Shown here piece after piece: positions 8,508-17,628 of a stretch of 64,000 nucleotides of DNA (position 1 is the first letter of the stretch; every line of letters begins with the position of its first letter). The stretch is from the NCBI GenBank assembly GCA_049300095.1, contig JBAQYM010000202.1:5890-69889 (forward strand). The letters are read 5' to 3'. The notes below the pieces were generated by a model that worked only from the letters and a program-made list of their open reading frames with translations, did no database searches and was not told the origin of the DNA. Source of the DNA: Syntrophobacteraceae bacterium (lineage in GTDB: Bacteria; Desulfobacterota; Syntrophobacteria; Syntrophobacterales; Syntrophobacteraceae). Both the position numbers and the translations under genes were made by a program.

Positions 8508-9059
8508 ATGATGCAAATCCAAAGAAGCCTTGCAATTACTCTCAGTTGCATCGCGATTCTCTGGGCGGTGTATTTCGTGGGCCTTGTCTTGCCCGTTGAT
8601 ATTCGGATTTATGGCATCAGACCACGGAGAATCGACGGCTTGCCGGGTCTGATATTTTCACCTTTCCTCCACTTCGGCCTCAGGCACTTACTCTCCAACA
8701 CCTTGGCCCTGGCTCCCTTACTATTCTTTTCGTTGACGTACAGCATAAGACTCACCATGAAAGCCGTCATCATCATCGCCCTTATCGGGGGAGCCGGTGT
8801 CTGGCTTTTTGGACAGAGTCACACTGTGCACATCGGATCGAGCGGGATCGCCTTCGGTTTGATAGGCTATCTGCTCGCTATCGGTTTGTTTCGAAAAGAA
8901 CTGTTGGCCGTGCTTGTTTCCTGTGTGGTGGCTTTCTATTACGGCTGGGTATTGTATTCCCTGGTGGCTGTTCTGCCTGGTGTGAGTTGGACGGGGCATT
9001 TCTTCGGTTTTGCATCCGGCGTTCTGGCCGCATGGTCCATGAAACAAGAGAGGCAATAG
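8508..9059 (+). CDS. Rhomboid-family intramembrane serine protease
   Basis: Polytopic membrane protein with the catalytic GSSGIAFGL (GxSG) and a downstream GHFFGFASG histidine helix. Confidence 0.85.
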   Translation: MMQIQRSLAITLSCIAILWAVYFVGLVLPVDIRIYGIRPRRIDGLPGLIFSPFLHFGLRHLLSNTLALAPLLFFSLTYSIRLTMKAVIIIALIGGAGVWLFGQSHTVHIGSSGIAFGLIGYLLAIGLFRKELLAVLVSCVVAFYYGWVLYSLVAVLPGVSWTGHFFGFASGVLAAWSMKQERQ

Positions 9060-9242
9060 GAGCGGTCTGTTTTTCGCCCGCGCGGTCTTCTTGATAATGG
9101 GACGGCTCGGGTGGGACACGGCTTCGTGAATCGAAACCACATTGCTCCCCGCAGGTGAATCTGTGGCTTCCTGGAGCGGGAAGTGGGTGAAAACGGCGGC
9201 TATATCTGTTCACCATGGTGCTGATCTTATCCGGGAGCACTC

Positions 9243-9800
9243 TCATTTTACGATGGGAAGGACCTTGCGGAATTCTTCCGTATTGGCGCGCCTGGCCCAT
9301 TGGAAGATAACGATCTCCGCCGAGGTGATCACGGCCCCGGCCTCCCTGAGAAGGTCTATGGCGATATCGCGGTTTTGACTGGTCCGTGAAGCCACGCCAT
9401 CCGCCACAAGCTGGAGGCGGTAACCTTTCGCGATGAGGTCCAGGCCCGTTTGCAGAACACAGACATGGGTCTCCATTCCAACGACCACGATCTGGCTGCG
9501 ATGGTATGATTCGATCAATGGCGGGAAGTCCGTCTCAAGGCAGGCGCTGAAATGCTCCTTGTGAAACACCTTCGGAGACCTGATCCGGTCAAGGACTTCT
9601 TGAATGGTTCCCCCGAGTCCTTTGTTGTATTGTTCTGTCAGGAGAATCGGGATACCGAGGGCGTCCGCGGCTTGAGTAAGCTGATTCACCTTTCGGGCCA
9701 CGTTCCGCCACGTGTCGATTACCTTGAGCATCGCCCGCTGGATGTCGATAATCAGCAACAGGCAGTCTTCACGGGCGGCAACGAATTCATGCCGGTTCAT
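9243..9800 (-). CDS. Isochorismatase-family (cysteine) hydrolase
   Basis: LLIIDIQRAML near the N-terminus and VVVGMETHVCVLQTGLDL, the catalytic Cys block. Confidence 0.85.
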   Translation of the reverse strand: MNRHEFVAAREDCLLLIIDIQRAMLKVIDTWRNVARKVNQLTQAADALGIPILLTEQYNKGLGGTIQEVLDRIRSPKVFHKEHFSACLETDFPPLIESYHRSQIVVVGMETHVCVLQTGLDLIAKGYRLQLVADGVASRTSQNRDIAIDLLREAGAVITSAEIVIFQWARRANTEEFRKVLPIVK

Positions 9801-10132
9801 GGGTCCCTCGTTTCTGAGAAAATGATTGGAAAGGGCGGTCCGGTGCTGAGGGCGCGCACCTTCGATTGAGCGTCTCGCACCTCTTCAATGCCTCAACCGG
9901 ATGTCCGGTATTCCCCGGATTCAGCGCCCGACTCACGATCTATTTCGGCTTTGGAACTGCTCACCGCTTGTCGCCGACAATCTGCTGGAGTAATATGCCG
10001 CTCTCATCACTTTATGGATTCTACCAAAGCTAAACGCTCCGCGCACTTTCGTTTTTGAGGAATGGCATCATCCGATACAGACTTGCATGATTGACCGTCC
10101 GTGATTCAAGCCCCGCATACTGGAGAGAAGGG

Positions 10133-10636
10133 ATGAAGCGGAACAAGCCTCCGACTCCTCAAGCACCCGTGACGCCCGGTGAGCCGGCGCCGCCGGAAGC
10201 TCCGGCACGGCCGGCCAAGCCGAAGAAGTACCGCAAGACCACGCTAATCGTCCTCGGAGTGGCAATGACCGGGCTTATCATCTGGTCGCTCTCGGATGAC
10301 GAGCCGCCTCCGGAGGAGCGACGGTGCGTCGACCCGAAGACCGGCAAAGTGGTTCAGGAGTACTACTGCGAGGATGATGAAACAAAGAGACGCTATGCCC
10401 CGACCTACGGCGGCTGGGGCGGCGGCATGCATTTCTGGTATTACGGGGGGGCCGGGTACAATGTGGGAGATTCGGCGAACGGAGGGTCCAGGACGCCTCC
10501 AAGAGGCTATGTGGCGAGGGGTGTTTCCTACACGGGGTCCGGTTCTTCCCGCGCGTCGAGTTCCAGTCGATCGTCATCGAGCGTCCGGGGTGGTTTCGGC
10601 AGTTCGGCATCGGCGCACGGCGCCGGTGGCAGTTGA
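10133..10636 (+). CDS. YgiB/YjfM-like (DUF1190-type) membrane-anchored protein
   Basis: Basic, Pro-rich N-terminus, one TM helix (TTLIVLGVAMTGLIIW), Ser-rich tail ending RGGFGSSASAHGAGGS like E. coli YgiB. Lies immediately upstream of a YgiC-type ligase. Start at the ATG at 10133 after GGAGAGAAGG. Confidence 0.5.
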   Translation: MKRNKPPTPQAPVTPGEPAPPEAPARPAKPKKYRKTTLIVLGVAMTGLIIWSLSDDEPPPEERRCVDPKTGKVVQEYYCEDDETKRRYAPTYGGWGGGMHFWYYGGAGYNVGDSANGGSRTPPRGYVARGVSYTGSGSSRASSSSRSSSSVRGGFGSSASAHGAGGS

Positions 10637-10655
10637 TGGGGGAAAGGGCCCGAGT

Positions 10656-11798
10656 ATGAAACGAGTTCCTATCAAGCCGCGGCGGAATTGGCGGGAAAAA
10701 GTGGAAGAAACCGGCCTGCTCTTCCACCATACGGCGGAAGGCCCGTATTGGAACGAAAACTCGTATTATGACTTCAGCGCGGCGCAAATCGATGAACTGG
10801 ACGATGCGGCAAACGAGCTTCACCGTCTGTGCCTGAAAGCTGTTCAACATGTAATTGACTACAACCGTTTCCAGGAGCTTTCCGTACCTCCTTTGGCGGT
10901 CCCCGCCATAAAGGCGTCCTGGGAGGAAAAGCAGCCGACTATTTGCGGCCGATTCGACTTCGCCTATGACGGGGTAAACCCGCCCAGGATGCTCGAATAC
11001 AACGCGGATACTCCCACGTCTCTCCTGGAAGCCGGTGTGACCCAGTGGTTCTGGCTGCAAGAGCGGTTCCCGGAGGCCGATCAGTTCAACTCCATCCATG
11101 AAAAGTTGGAGGAATGCTGGCGGAATTCAGATCATCTTAGGAAAAGCGGCGGCGGAAAAATCCACTTTGCATGCGTTTCCGAGCATGTGGAGGACCTTGT
11201 CACGGTGACCTACCTGCGTGATACGGCCGGAAACCAGGGGTTCGAAACCGACCTGGTCTACATGGAAGACATCGGCTGGGACCCCTCGGGGCGCCGGTTC
11301 ACCGACCTCCAGGACCTAACCATACGCAATATCTTCAAGCTCTACCCCTGGGAATGGATCGTTGCCGAGCAGTTCGGCCCGCATGTGCTGGAGACCTACC
11401 AGGAAATGAACTGGATCGAGCCGATCTGGAAAATGATACTGTCCAACAAGGGTATTCTCCCGATTTTGTGGCAGCTTAATCCGGGACACCCCAATCTGCT
11501 CGAGGCCTATTTCGACGAACCGAAAGGCATGACCGATTATGTCCGGAAGCCGAAACTCTCCCGCGAGGGCTCCAACATCTCCATTTTCCGGAATGGCGGT
11601 GAGCTTCACACCGCGGGGACTTACGGCGAGGAAGGATACATCTGCCAGTCCATTGCCCCGATACCCTGTCTGGCCGGAAGCTACCCAGTCCTGGGGTGCT
11701 GGATCATAGGGGGTAAATCGGCCGGGATGGGGATACGGGAGACTTCGGGGCCCATTACATTCAAGCATGATCGCTTTGTGCCGCATCTTTTCGGGTGA
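10656..11798 (+). CDS. Glutathionylspermidine-synthase-family ATP-grasp ligase (YgiC/YjfC-like)
   Basis: GRFDFAYDGVNPPRMLEYNADTPTSLLEAGVTQWFW is the characteristic pre-ATP-grasp block. The ORF-track start at 10296 overlaps the upstream gene, so the start was reset to MKRVPIKPRRNW at 10656. Confidence 0.8.
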   Translation: MKRVPIKPRRNWREKVEETGLLFHHTAEGPYWNENSYYDFSAAQIDELDDAANELHRLCLKAVQHVIDYNRFQELSVPPLAVPAIKASWEEKQPTICGRFDFAYDGVNPPRMLEYNADTPTSLLEAGVTQWFWLQERFPEADQFNSIHEKLEECWRNSDHLRKSGGGKIHFACVSEHVEDLVTVTYLRDTAGNQGFETDLVYMEDIGWDPSGRRFTDLQDLTIRNIFKLYPWEWIVAEQFGPHVLETYQEMNWIEPIWKMILSNKGILPILWQLNPGHPNLLEAYFDEPKGMTDYVRKPKLSREGSNISIFRNGGELHTAGTYGEEGYICQSIAPIPCLAGSYPVLGCWIIGGKSAGMGIRETSGPITFKHDRFVPHLFG

Positions 11799-11825
11799 TC
11801 TTTTCCGAAAAACAGGGAGAAGAAC

Positions 11826-12668
11826 ATGGAAGATGTAATCAAAATTGCCGCTCCTTTTTTCATATTCCCGCTCGTCGCCCTGGGATTCATGTGGGCATTG
11901 AAACTTCTCGATGGCCGGCGCACCTCGTTCAACGAAGACGATCAGATGATTTCCGGTAAGAACCTGGCGGTCAGCCTCCGAAAATCCGGGATGTATCTCG
12001 GACTCGCCTTCGGGCTTGCCGGAACTTTTTTCGGCCCCTCCCATGGGCTTGCCACCGACCTGACGAACTTTATGATAGCCGGCATAGTGCTCCTGGTTCT
12101 TCTCTTTGTGGCCTTTGTGATCAATGACAAGGTCATCCTCTGCAGGGTGGACGGCGACAAGTCGATAAGCGAAGGAAATACGGCGGTTGGCTTGGTGGAA
12201 TTTGCCAGTTATCTATCAAGCGGCATCATCATGCACGGGGCGTTCTCCGGTGAGGGAGGAGGTCTCCCGGCGGCAGCGGTTTTTTTCCTTCTGGGCCAGG
12301 CAGGGCTTGTGATTGCATTTTACCTGCTGGAGGCGCTTACTCCCCGCAATATATGCGAAGAGATCGAGTTGAGGCAAAATGCCGCGGCCGGGATGGATGT
12401 TGCCGGTATGCTCATCGCCCTTTCAATCATTCTTCGGTCAAGCCTGGCCGGGCCGTTCACCGGATGGGTCCCCGGTCTCAAGGGCTTCGGCCTCTACCTG
12501 GTCGCCGGACTCATTGCCCTGGCGGTCTTTCGCTTTCTTGGCAACAGGATATTCGTGCCCGGGTCTTCCTATGACCAGCAAATTTCCGTTGCCCGCAACC
12601 TTCCGGCAGCCACTCTTTCCTCGGTTGTGCAGGTCGGCCTGGCCCTGGTGATTGCCGGTACGTTCTAG
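11826..12668 (+). CDS. Multi-pass membrane protein, DUF350/YjfL-like
   Basis: 280 aa of repeated hydrophobic helices. The position after a YgiC/YjfC-type ligase mirrors the E. coli yjf cluster. The family call is by context and composition only. Confidence 0.55.
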   Translation: MEDVIKIAAPFFIFPLVALGFMWALKLLDGRRTSFNEDDQMISGKNLAVSLRKSGMYLGLAFGLAGTFFGPSHGLATDLTNFMIAGIVLLVLLFVAFVINDKVILCRVDGDKSISEGNTAVGLVEFASYLSSGIIMHGAFSGEGGGLPAAAVFFLLGQAGLVIAFYLLEALTPRNICEEIELRQNAAAGMDVAGMLIALSIILRSSLAGPFTGWVPGLKGFGLYLVAGLIALAVFRFLGNRIFVPGSSYDQQISVARNLPAATLSSVVQVGLALVIAGTF

Positions 12669-13028
12669 CAGGATAATGCCTCGAGGCTTTCTTCCACCAT
12701 TGTCCTGGTCGGACGTAAAGGGTGGTCCTCGGGAATCAGGCTCTCCGGGCAGAACGAATAAGATATCCCCGGTTGCCGGCGAACAGGCTTTCTCATTGAT
12801 TGCCTTGTCGGATTTACTCGTATATTCAGTGACTTGATACTACATCAAACCCGCCAAAGATACACGTGTATTGATGATTACTTCAGCAACCTGCTGACCC
12901 CGCAATTCAGCTCACGCGAAAGATCCCTGCAATCATGCGGACTTGTACGAAATCAGGCGGTAAGTTATAAGGGAAGCATACGCTTTGACCAACGAAGAAG
13001 TTTGACGGGGCCCGGGACGCAAGCGGTC

Positions 13029-13976
13029 ATGAATTCGAGAAGCCGATTCAAGTTTGCCCGTAGTTATTTCACCTGCCTGGTTCTCGCCTGCCTGCTGTTT
13101 CCGACGGCTTGCAGCCGTGACGAGGACACCAGGGTTATTGATTTTTCCAAAACCGTTCAGGTGTCTCGCCCGGATGGGGCCAGCCGTGATCGTCCCACGC
13201 TCCGGGTTGCCGTGGGAGCCATGATTTCTCCCAAGGAGACCTTCATCTACTATCGCCAGGTCCTGGACTATATCGCGGCTGGATTGGGCTGGAATGTGGA
13301 ACTTGTCCAGCGAAAGACTTACTCCGAAGTAAACGAACTTATTGGGAAGGGCCAGATCGACCTCGCATTTATCTGCTCCGGACCATATATCCGCGGCAGG
13401 GAGAAATACGGGTTCGAGCTTCTGGCGACTCCGGAAGTGAAGGGAAGCCACTTCTATCAATCGTATCTGATCGTAAACAGCGCGAGTCCCTACCAAAGCC
13501 TCTCCGACCTGAGAAAACGGGTCTTCGCCTTCACAGACCCCGATTCTCATTCGGGAAAGCTGGTGCCGACCTTTTGGTTGTCCGAAATGCACGAACAACC
13601 CGACAGCTTCTTCGGGAAGACCATTTACACTTACAGCCATGACAATTCGATCATGGCGGTCTCGCGGGCCCTGGTGGACGGCGCCGCTGTCGATAGCCTG
13701 ATTTGGGAATACTACAATCGGAAGGACCCATCCATGACCGCCGGAACACGGATAATCAAAAAATCCGATTTGTTCGGCATACCCCCGGTGGTCGCATCGA
13801 AGTCTTTCCCACCGGAAATGAAAAGCCGGGTGCGTGAGATACTCCTCGCCATGCACAAGGACCCCGAGGGAAGCAAGATTTTGCGGGAGTTGATGATAGA
13901 TCGATTTGTCGCTCCTCGGGAGGAGTGGTACGATGCCATTCCGCGGATGGAACGGAAAATCCAGGCAGGAAAGTAG
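13029..13976 (+). CDS. PhnD-family (phosphonate/phosphite/oxyanion-type) periplasmic binding protein, lipoprotein
   Basis: Lipobox LLFPTAC. LRVAVGAMISPKETFIYYRQVLDYIAAGLGWNVELVQRKTYSEVNELIGKGQIDLAFICSGPY matches the PhnD-type fold signature. Stop lies 3 nt before the sigma-54 activator gene. Confidence 0.75.
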   Translation: MNSRSRFKFARSYFTCLVLACLLFPTACSRDEDTRVIDFSKTVQVSRPDGASRDRPTLRVAVGAMISPKETFIYYRQVLDYIAAGLGWNVELVQRKTYSEVNELIGKGQIDLAFICSGPYIRGREKYGFELLATPEVKGSHFYQSYLIVNSASPYQSLSDLRKRVFAFTDPDSHSGKLVPTFWLSEMHEQPDSFFGKTIYTYSHDNSIMAVSRALVDGAAVDSLIWEYYNRKDPSMTAGTRIIKKSDLFGIPPVVASKSFPPEMKSRVREILLAMHKDPEGSKILRELMIDRFVAPREEWYDAIPRMERKIQAGK

Positions 13977-13979
13977 GCA

Positions 13980-16187
13980 ATGAGACTGCAAAGTTTGAAG
14001 GGCAAATTGCTCGTGGGAGTTTCAGCTCTTGTCATTTGCAGTGGACTTTTGATCTCTTTGCTTGTCACCCAACGATACAGCCGCGGCCTCTCAGAGGCAA
14101 TGTCCGCCCAAGCCGAGTATTTGACTCATGCCGTGGCTCTTCAGGCTGCCGACCTGGTCCTGATAAACGATCAGGTTGCTCTTCAGAAACTGCTGGACCA
14201 CCTGCTGAGCAGCACCCCATCCCTTGCCTACCTGTTCATAGTTAAGGACGGACAGGTGCTGGCGCATACTTTCAGCGGCGGTATGCCCGTGGATTTGCTC
14301 ACCGCAAATGAAGCCCCGCCTTCGGATGGACCTCATGCCCGGAAGGTCGCATCCTCAAGCGGCGATTATTTCCTGGACATGGCAATGGCGATTTTTGAGG
14401 GGAAGGCGGGAACACTTCGCCTGGGTTTTTCCGAGAAGCCCCACCGTGAGCAGATCACCAGACTATGGCTGCAAATGAGCCTGTTTACGCTGGGAATCCT
14501 CTTGCTGGCGCTTGTCGCCAGCCTGTTTTTCATCAGGAGGATAACCGGGCCTCTGTCAGACCTCGCCCGGGCCGCGGATAAGGTCGATAAAGGGGAACTG
14601 GACTTTAAAGTCGGCGTCCACGGGCAGGATGAGGTTGCCAATCTGGCGGCCTCGTTCAGCAACATGGTTTCCCGACTGCACAACTATACTAGCCGGCTGG
14701 AAAATAAATCCATCGAGCTCGAGCGCGCCCACCAGCAGACGCGCACCTTTTGCGGGGTCGTGCAAGAGGTGGGATCTCTTCAGAATCTCGGTGAAATCGG
14801 AACTTTTCTCATTCGGCAATGCCGGGCCATCCTCGGGGATGCGCAAATGGTCTTTATGATCGGGGACACTGCCGGGAACTCCCTGTATCTCCTGCGGGAA
14901 TCCATCGCCGTTGACATTAGAGACCCTGCAAATATCCAGCGTTTTTCCAAAATGATCGAAAGCTTTGGCGGTAAGCCCGAGCCTGTGTGCGGGAAGGACC
15001 TCGGGATTATTCAACTCGTCGATCGGGATTTAGCGGGATACGCCCACCAATGCCTGATTCCCTTCTTTCATGAACGCCGCGTGCTCGGCGTCCTGGCCAT
15101 CGGCGGTAATTCGCCGCTGAGGTGCGGGACCGATGAACTCGACGTCGTCGGTTCGATGCTCGGCCATGCCGCCGGGGTAATTAATCGGGCCATTTTCCAC
15201 GAGCAGGAAATACGCGCGCTTCAAAATCGGATTGAGAGCTCATGCGAATTTTGCGACATAGTGTCCAAGGACCCCAGGATGCAAGTGATCTTCAGGTTGA
15301 TCGAAGATATCGCTCCCACGGATGCCACCGTTCTCATTCAAGGCGAAAGCGGCACCGGAAAGGAACTTGTGGCCAGGGCGATTCATCTTAAAAGCCCGAG
15401 AAAAGAAAAACCTTTCGTTGTGATAGATTGCTCCGCCTACCCGGCCACTATCCTGGAATCCGAACTTTTCGGCCATGAAAAAGGTGCTTTCACGGGCGCA
15501 ATTCGGCAAAAGCCGGGACGATTCGAGCAGGCGCATGGTGGAACGGTCTTTCTCGATGAGATCGGGGACATTCCGCTCACGGCTCAAATCAAGCTCCTCA
15601 GGGTGCTGCAGACGCAAAAATTCGAGCGCATTGGAGGAGAGAAGACCGTCACGGTGGAAGTGCGGATTATCGCCGCCACAAATAAGAACCTGCTCGATGA
15701 AGTTAAACACGGACGCTTTCGCGAAGATCTCTACTATCGGTTAAGTGTCATTCCTATCGACCTGCCGCCCCTTTCAAAGCGAAAAAATGATATTCCTTTG
15801 CTTGCGCATCATTTCATGAACCGATTCGCCGCTGCCCATGGCAAAGCCGTCGATTCATTCAGCCCGGATGCGATGCGGTTTCTGCTCGATTACCAGTGGC
15901 CCGGAAACGTCAGGGAACTCGAAAACACCATCGAGCATGCGGTAGTGCTGTCCAGAGGATCGCGGATTGAGGCGGCGAACTTACCTGAAGCATTTCGGAC
16001 GGCCGCGTCGAATAGCCCGGTGGACAGGTCTTCCACAATCGAGGAAAATGAGAGAAAGCTTCTCGTGGAGACTATGGCGGAGTGCGGTTGGAACAAGAAG
16101 AAGGCTGCCGGTCGATTGGGTATAAGTCGAAGCACTTTGTACGAGAAGCTGAAAAGACACGGGATCGCCCCTCCGATGACACACTGA
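13980..16187 (+). CDS. Membrane-anchored sigma-54-dependent transcriptional activator (TM-periplasmic-TM-HAMP-GAF-AAA+-HTH)
   Basis: Two predicted TM helices ([20 protein letters not shown]; [18 protein letters not shown]), followed by a HAMP-like segment and a GAF-like region. Also [23 protein letters not shown] (GAFTGA) and a C-terminal Fis-type [24 protein letters not shown]. No receiver domain. Confidence 0.9.
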   Translation: MRLQSLKGKLLVGVSALVICSGLLISLLVTQRYSRGLSEAMSAQAEYLTHAVALQAADLVLINDQVALQKLLDHLLSSTPSLAYLFIVKDGQVLAHTFSGGMPVDLLTANEAPPSDGPHARKVASSSGDYFLDMAMAIFEGKAGTLRLGFSEKPHREQITRLWLQMSLFTLGILLLALVASLFFIRRITGPLSDLARAADKVDKGELDFKVGVHGQDEVANLAASFSNMVSRLHNYTSRLENKSIELERAHQQTRTFCGVVQEVGSLQNLGEIGTFLIRQCRAILGDAQMVFMIGDTAGNSLYLLRESIAVDIRDPANIQRFSKMIESFGGKPEPVCGKDLGIIQLVDRDLAGYAHQCLIPFFHERRVLGVLAIGGNSPLRCGTDELDVVGSMLGHAAGVINRAIFHEQEIRALQNRIESSCEFCDIVSKDPRMQVIFRLIEDIAPTDATVLIQGESGTGKELVARAIHLKSPRKEKPFVVIDCSAYPATILESELFGHEKGAFTGAIRQKPGRFEQAHGGTVFLDEIGDIPLTAQIKLLRVLQTQKFERIGGEKTVTVEVRIIAATNKNLLDEVKHGRFREDLYYRLSVIPIDLPPLSKRKNDIPLLAHHFMNRFAAAHGKAVDSFSPDAMRFLLDYQWPGNVRELENTIEHAVVLSRGSRIEAANLPEAFRTAASNSPVDRSSTIEENERKLLVETMAECGWNKKKAAGRLGISRSTLYEKLKRHGIAPPMTH

Positions 16188-16380
16188 TGTACACCTCCCC
16201 GGCCCCACAATGCTTGAGACCTTCCGACAGTGACCGGAAATCGTACACTGCATAACTCGTTGTAATGTCACCCAAACCCGTGATCCACATCTTTATCTGT
16301 CCTCCATCCGTACACTCCAGCCCCCCCGCCTGCCTGCCTGAATCCAAGTCCCGCGGCTTCAGCTAATGCTTTGGGGACGA

Positions 16381-16396
16381 TGGCATGGTAATTGCC
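16381..16396 (+). promoter_or_regulatory. Sigma-54 (-24/-12) promoter
   Basis: TGGCATGGTAATTGCC versus consensus TGGCAC-N5-TTGCW, with GG and GC correctly spaced. Lies 40 nt upstream of the ATG at 16436. Confidence 0.75.
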
Positions 16397-16435
16397 CTAT
16401 GAATGCAGGTAGTTAAGCCGTCTGGAGAAAGAAAA

Positions 16436-16780
16436 ATGCCTAAGCGCATAGCCGTTGTGAACGGGGACAATGAGGAGCGCGCTCAACTGTGCGCGGCCCT
16501 TCGCATGCGGGGTTTCCACGCGGATGGTTTTTCATCGCTTGTGGAGTTTGAGCGGGATGGAAGGGATTTCGCGGTGGTCATATTCGACCTTGCAAGCGTG
16601 CTTGTAACCAACCAGTTGCTGAAGGACTACAGCAAGGCCATGCCGGGCCTTCGTATGATTGCCATATCCGGTCGCACTCTTCACCCTGAACTCAGGGAAT
16701 CCATGGCCACATGTCTTACCGCCTGTCTCACGAAACCCGTCGATCTGAACGAACTGGTTTATTTGTTGAACGGAATATGA
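16436..16780 (+). CDS. Single-domain receiver (CheY-like) protein
   Basis: KRIAVVNGDNEE ... VVIFDL ... IAISG ... CLTKPV matches the receiver Asp, Ser/Thr and Lys positions. The ATG at 16403 was rejected because it lies at or before the predicted sigma-54 transcription start. Confidence 0.65.
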   Translation: MPKRIAVVNGDNEERAQLCAALRMRGFHADGFSSLVEFERDGRDFAVVIFDLASVLVTNQLLKDYSKAMPGLRMIAISGRTLHPELRESMATCLTACLTKPVDLNELVYLLNGI

Positions 16781-16860
16781 GTGAAAAAGTCGCTGTTCAG
16801 TAGGAGCAAAGTTTAAGTGTCTTGGACTCGGAATTCGACACCGGGAAAGGATGGTCGCTC

Positions 16861-17613
16861 ATGAGCATAGATTTACCTTTGGAAGATCACCTGATCAGGA
16901 TGCAGCGGGACCTAAAGAGGGCACAGACCAAGAATCCCGCCGACATAAAATGGACGATGGTGATTGATCTGGCCAAGTGCATCGGATGCCATGCGTGCAC
17001 ATTGGGCTGCGTGGCTGAAAACAAATTACCACCCGGAGTGGTCTATCGCCCCGTGATCGAGGAGGAAATCGGAAAATATCCCGACGTGAGGCGGCGCTTC
17101 TTGCCGAGGCCCTGCATGCAATGTCAGAACCCCCCGTGCACCAAAGTCTGTCCCGTCTCGGCAACTCACAGGAATGAGCAGGGCGTGGTCGTCGTCGACT
17201 ACAACCGTTGCATAGGATGCCGATACTGTCTGGTAGCCTGTCCCTACTCTGCCCGCACATCGGATTTTGGGGAATACTATACCGGGAAGACACCTGACGT
17301 TACCGGGAAAATCCTTGGCCGAAAGATGGCGGCCGAGTGCTACGAGGCGCATCCGGCAGCGGAATACGGCAAGAAGTGGCCTGAGCGGGGCAACGGGTCT
17401 CCAATAGGGAACGCCCGCAAGTGCCATTTCTGCCTGCATAGGCTGGCAGTGGGTATGTTGCCGGCCTGTGTCACGACCTGTGTGGGACGCTCAACTTTGT
17501 TTGGAGACCGAAACGATCCGGAAAGCCTGGTCTACGCTTTGCTCGGCTCACCTCGCATCTATCGCTTGAAGGAAGAATTGGGCACCAAACCCGCTGTTTA
17601 CTATCTCAGTTAA
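16861..17613 (+). CDS. 4Fe-4S ferredoxin-type electron-transfer subunit of a molybdopterin oxidoreductase (TtrB/PsrB-like)
   Basis: Four Cys clusters: CIGCHACTLGC, CMQCQNPPCTKVCP, CIGCRYCLVACP, CHFCLHRL...ACVTTC. Confidence 0.9.
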   Translation: MSIDLPLEDHLIRMQRDLKRAQTKNPADIKWTMVIDLAKCIGCHACTLGCVAENKLPPGVVYRPVIEEEIGKYPDVRRRFLPRPCMQCQNPPCTKVCPVSATHRNEQGVVVVDYNRCIGCRYCLVACPYSARTSDFGEYYTGKTPDVTGKILGRKMAAECYEAHPAAEYGKKWPERGNGSPIGNARKCHFCLHRLAVGMLPACVTTCVGRSTLFGDRNDPESLVYALLGSPRIYRLKEELGTKPAVYYLS

Positions 17614-17628
17614 AGGAAGGATGAAGCC

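Noticed and set aside
12933-13991. 352-aa minus-strand ORF opposite the PhnD-like gene
   Set aside because: The plus-strand product has a lipobox and a PhnD-type signature. The antisense product has none.
16242-16316. Two CGTACACT 8-mers 67 bp apart upstream of the sigma-54 promoter, considered as activator binding sites
   Set aside because: An 8-mer repeated once is within chance expectation, and no dyad symmetry was found. It is noted only as a place to look.
16403-16435. Upstream ATG extension of the receiver gene
   Set aside because: It lies at or before the transcription start predicted from the -12 element at 16392-16395. The ATG at 16436 has a GGAGAA RBS.
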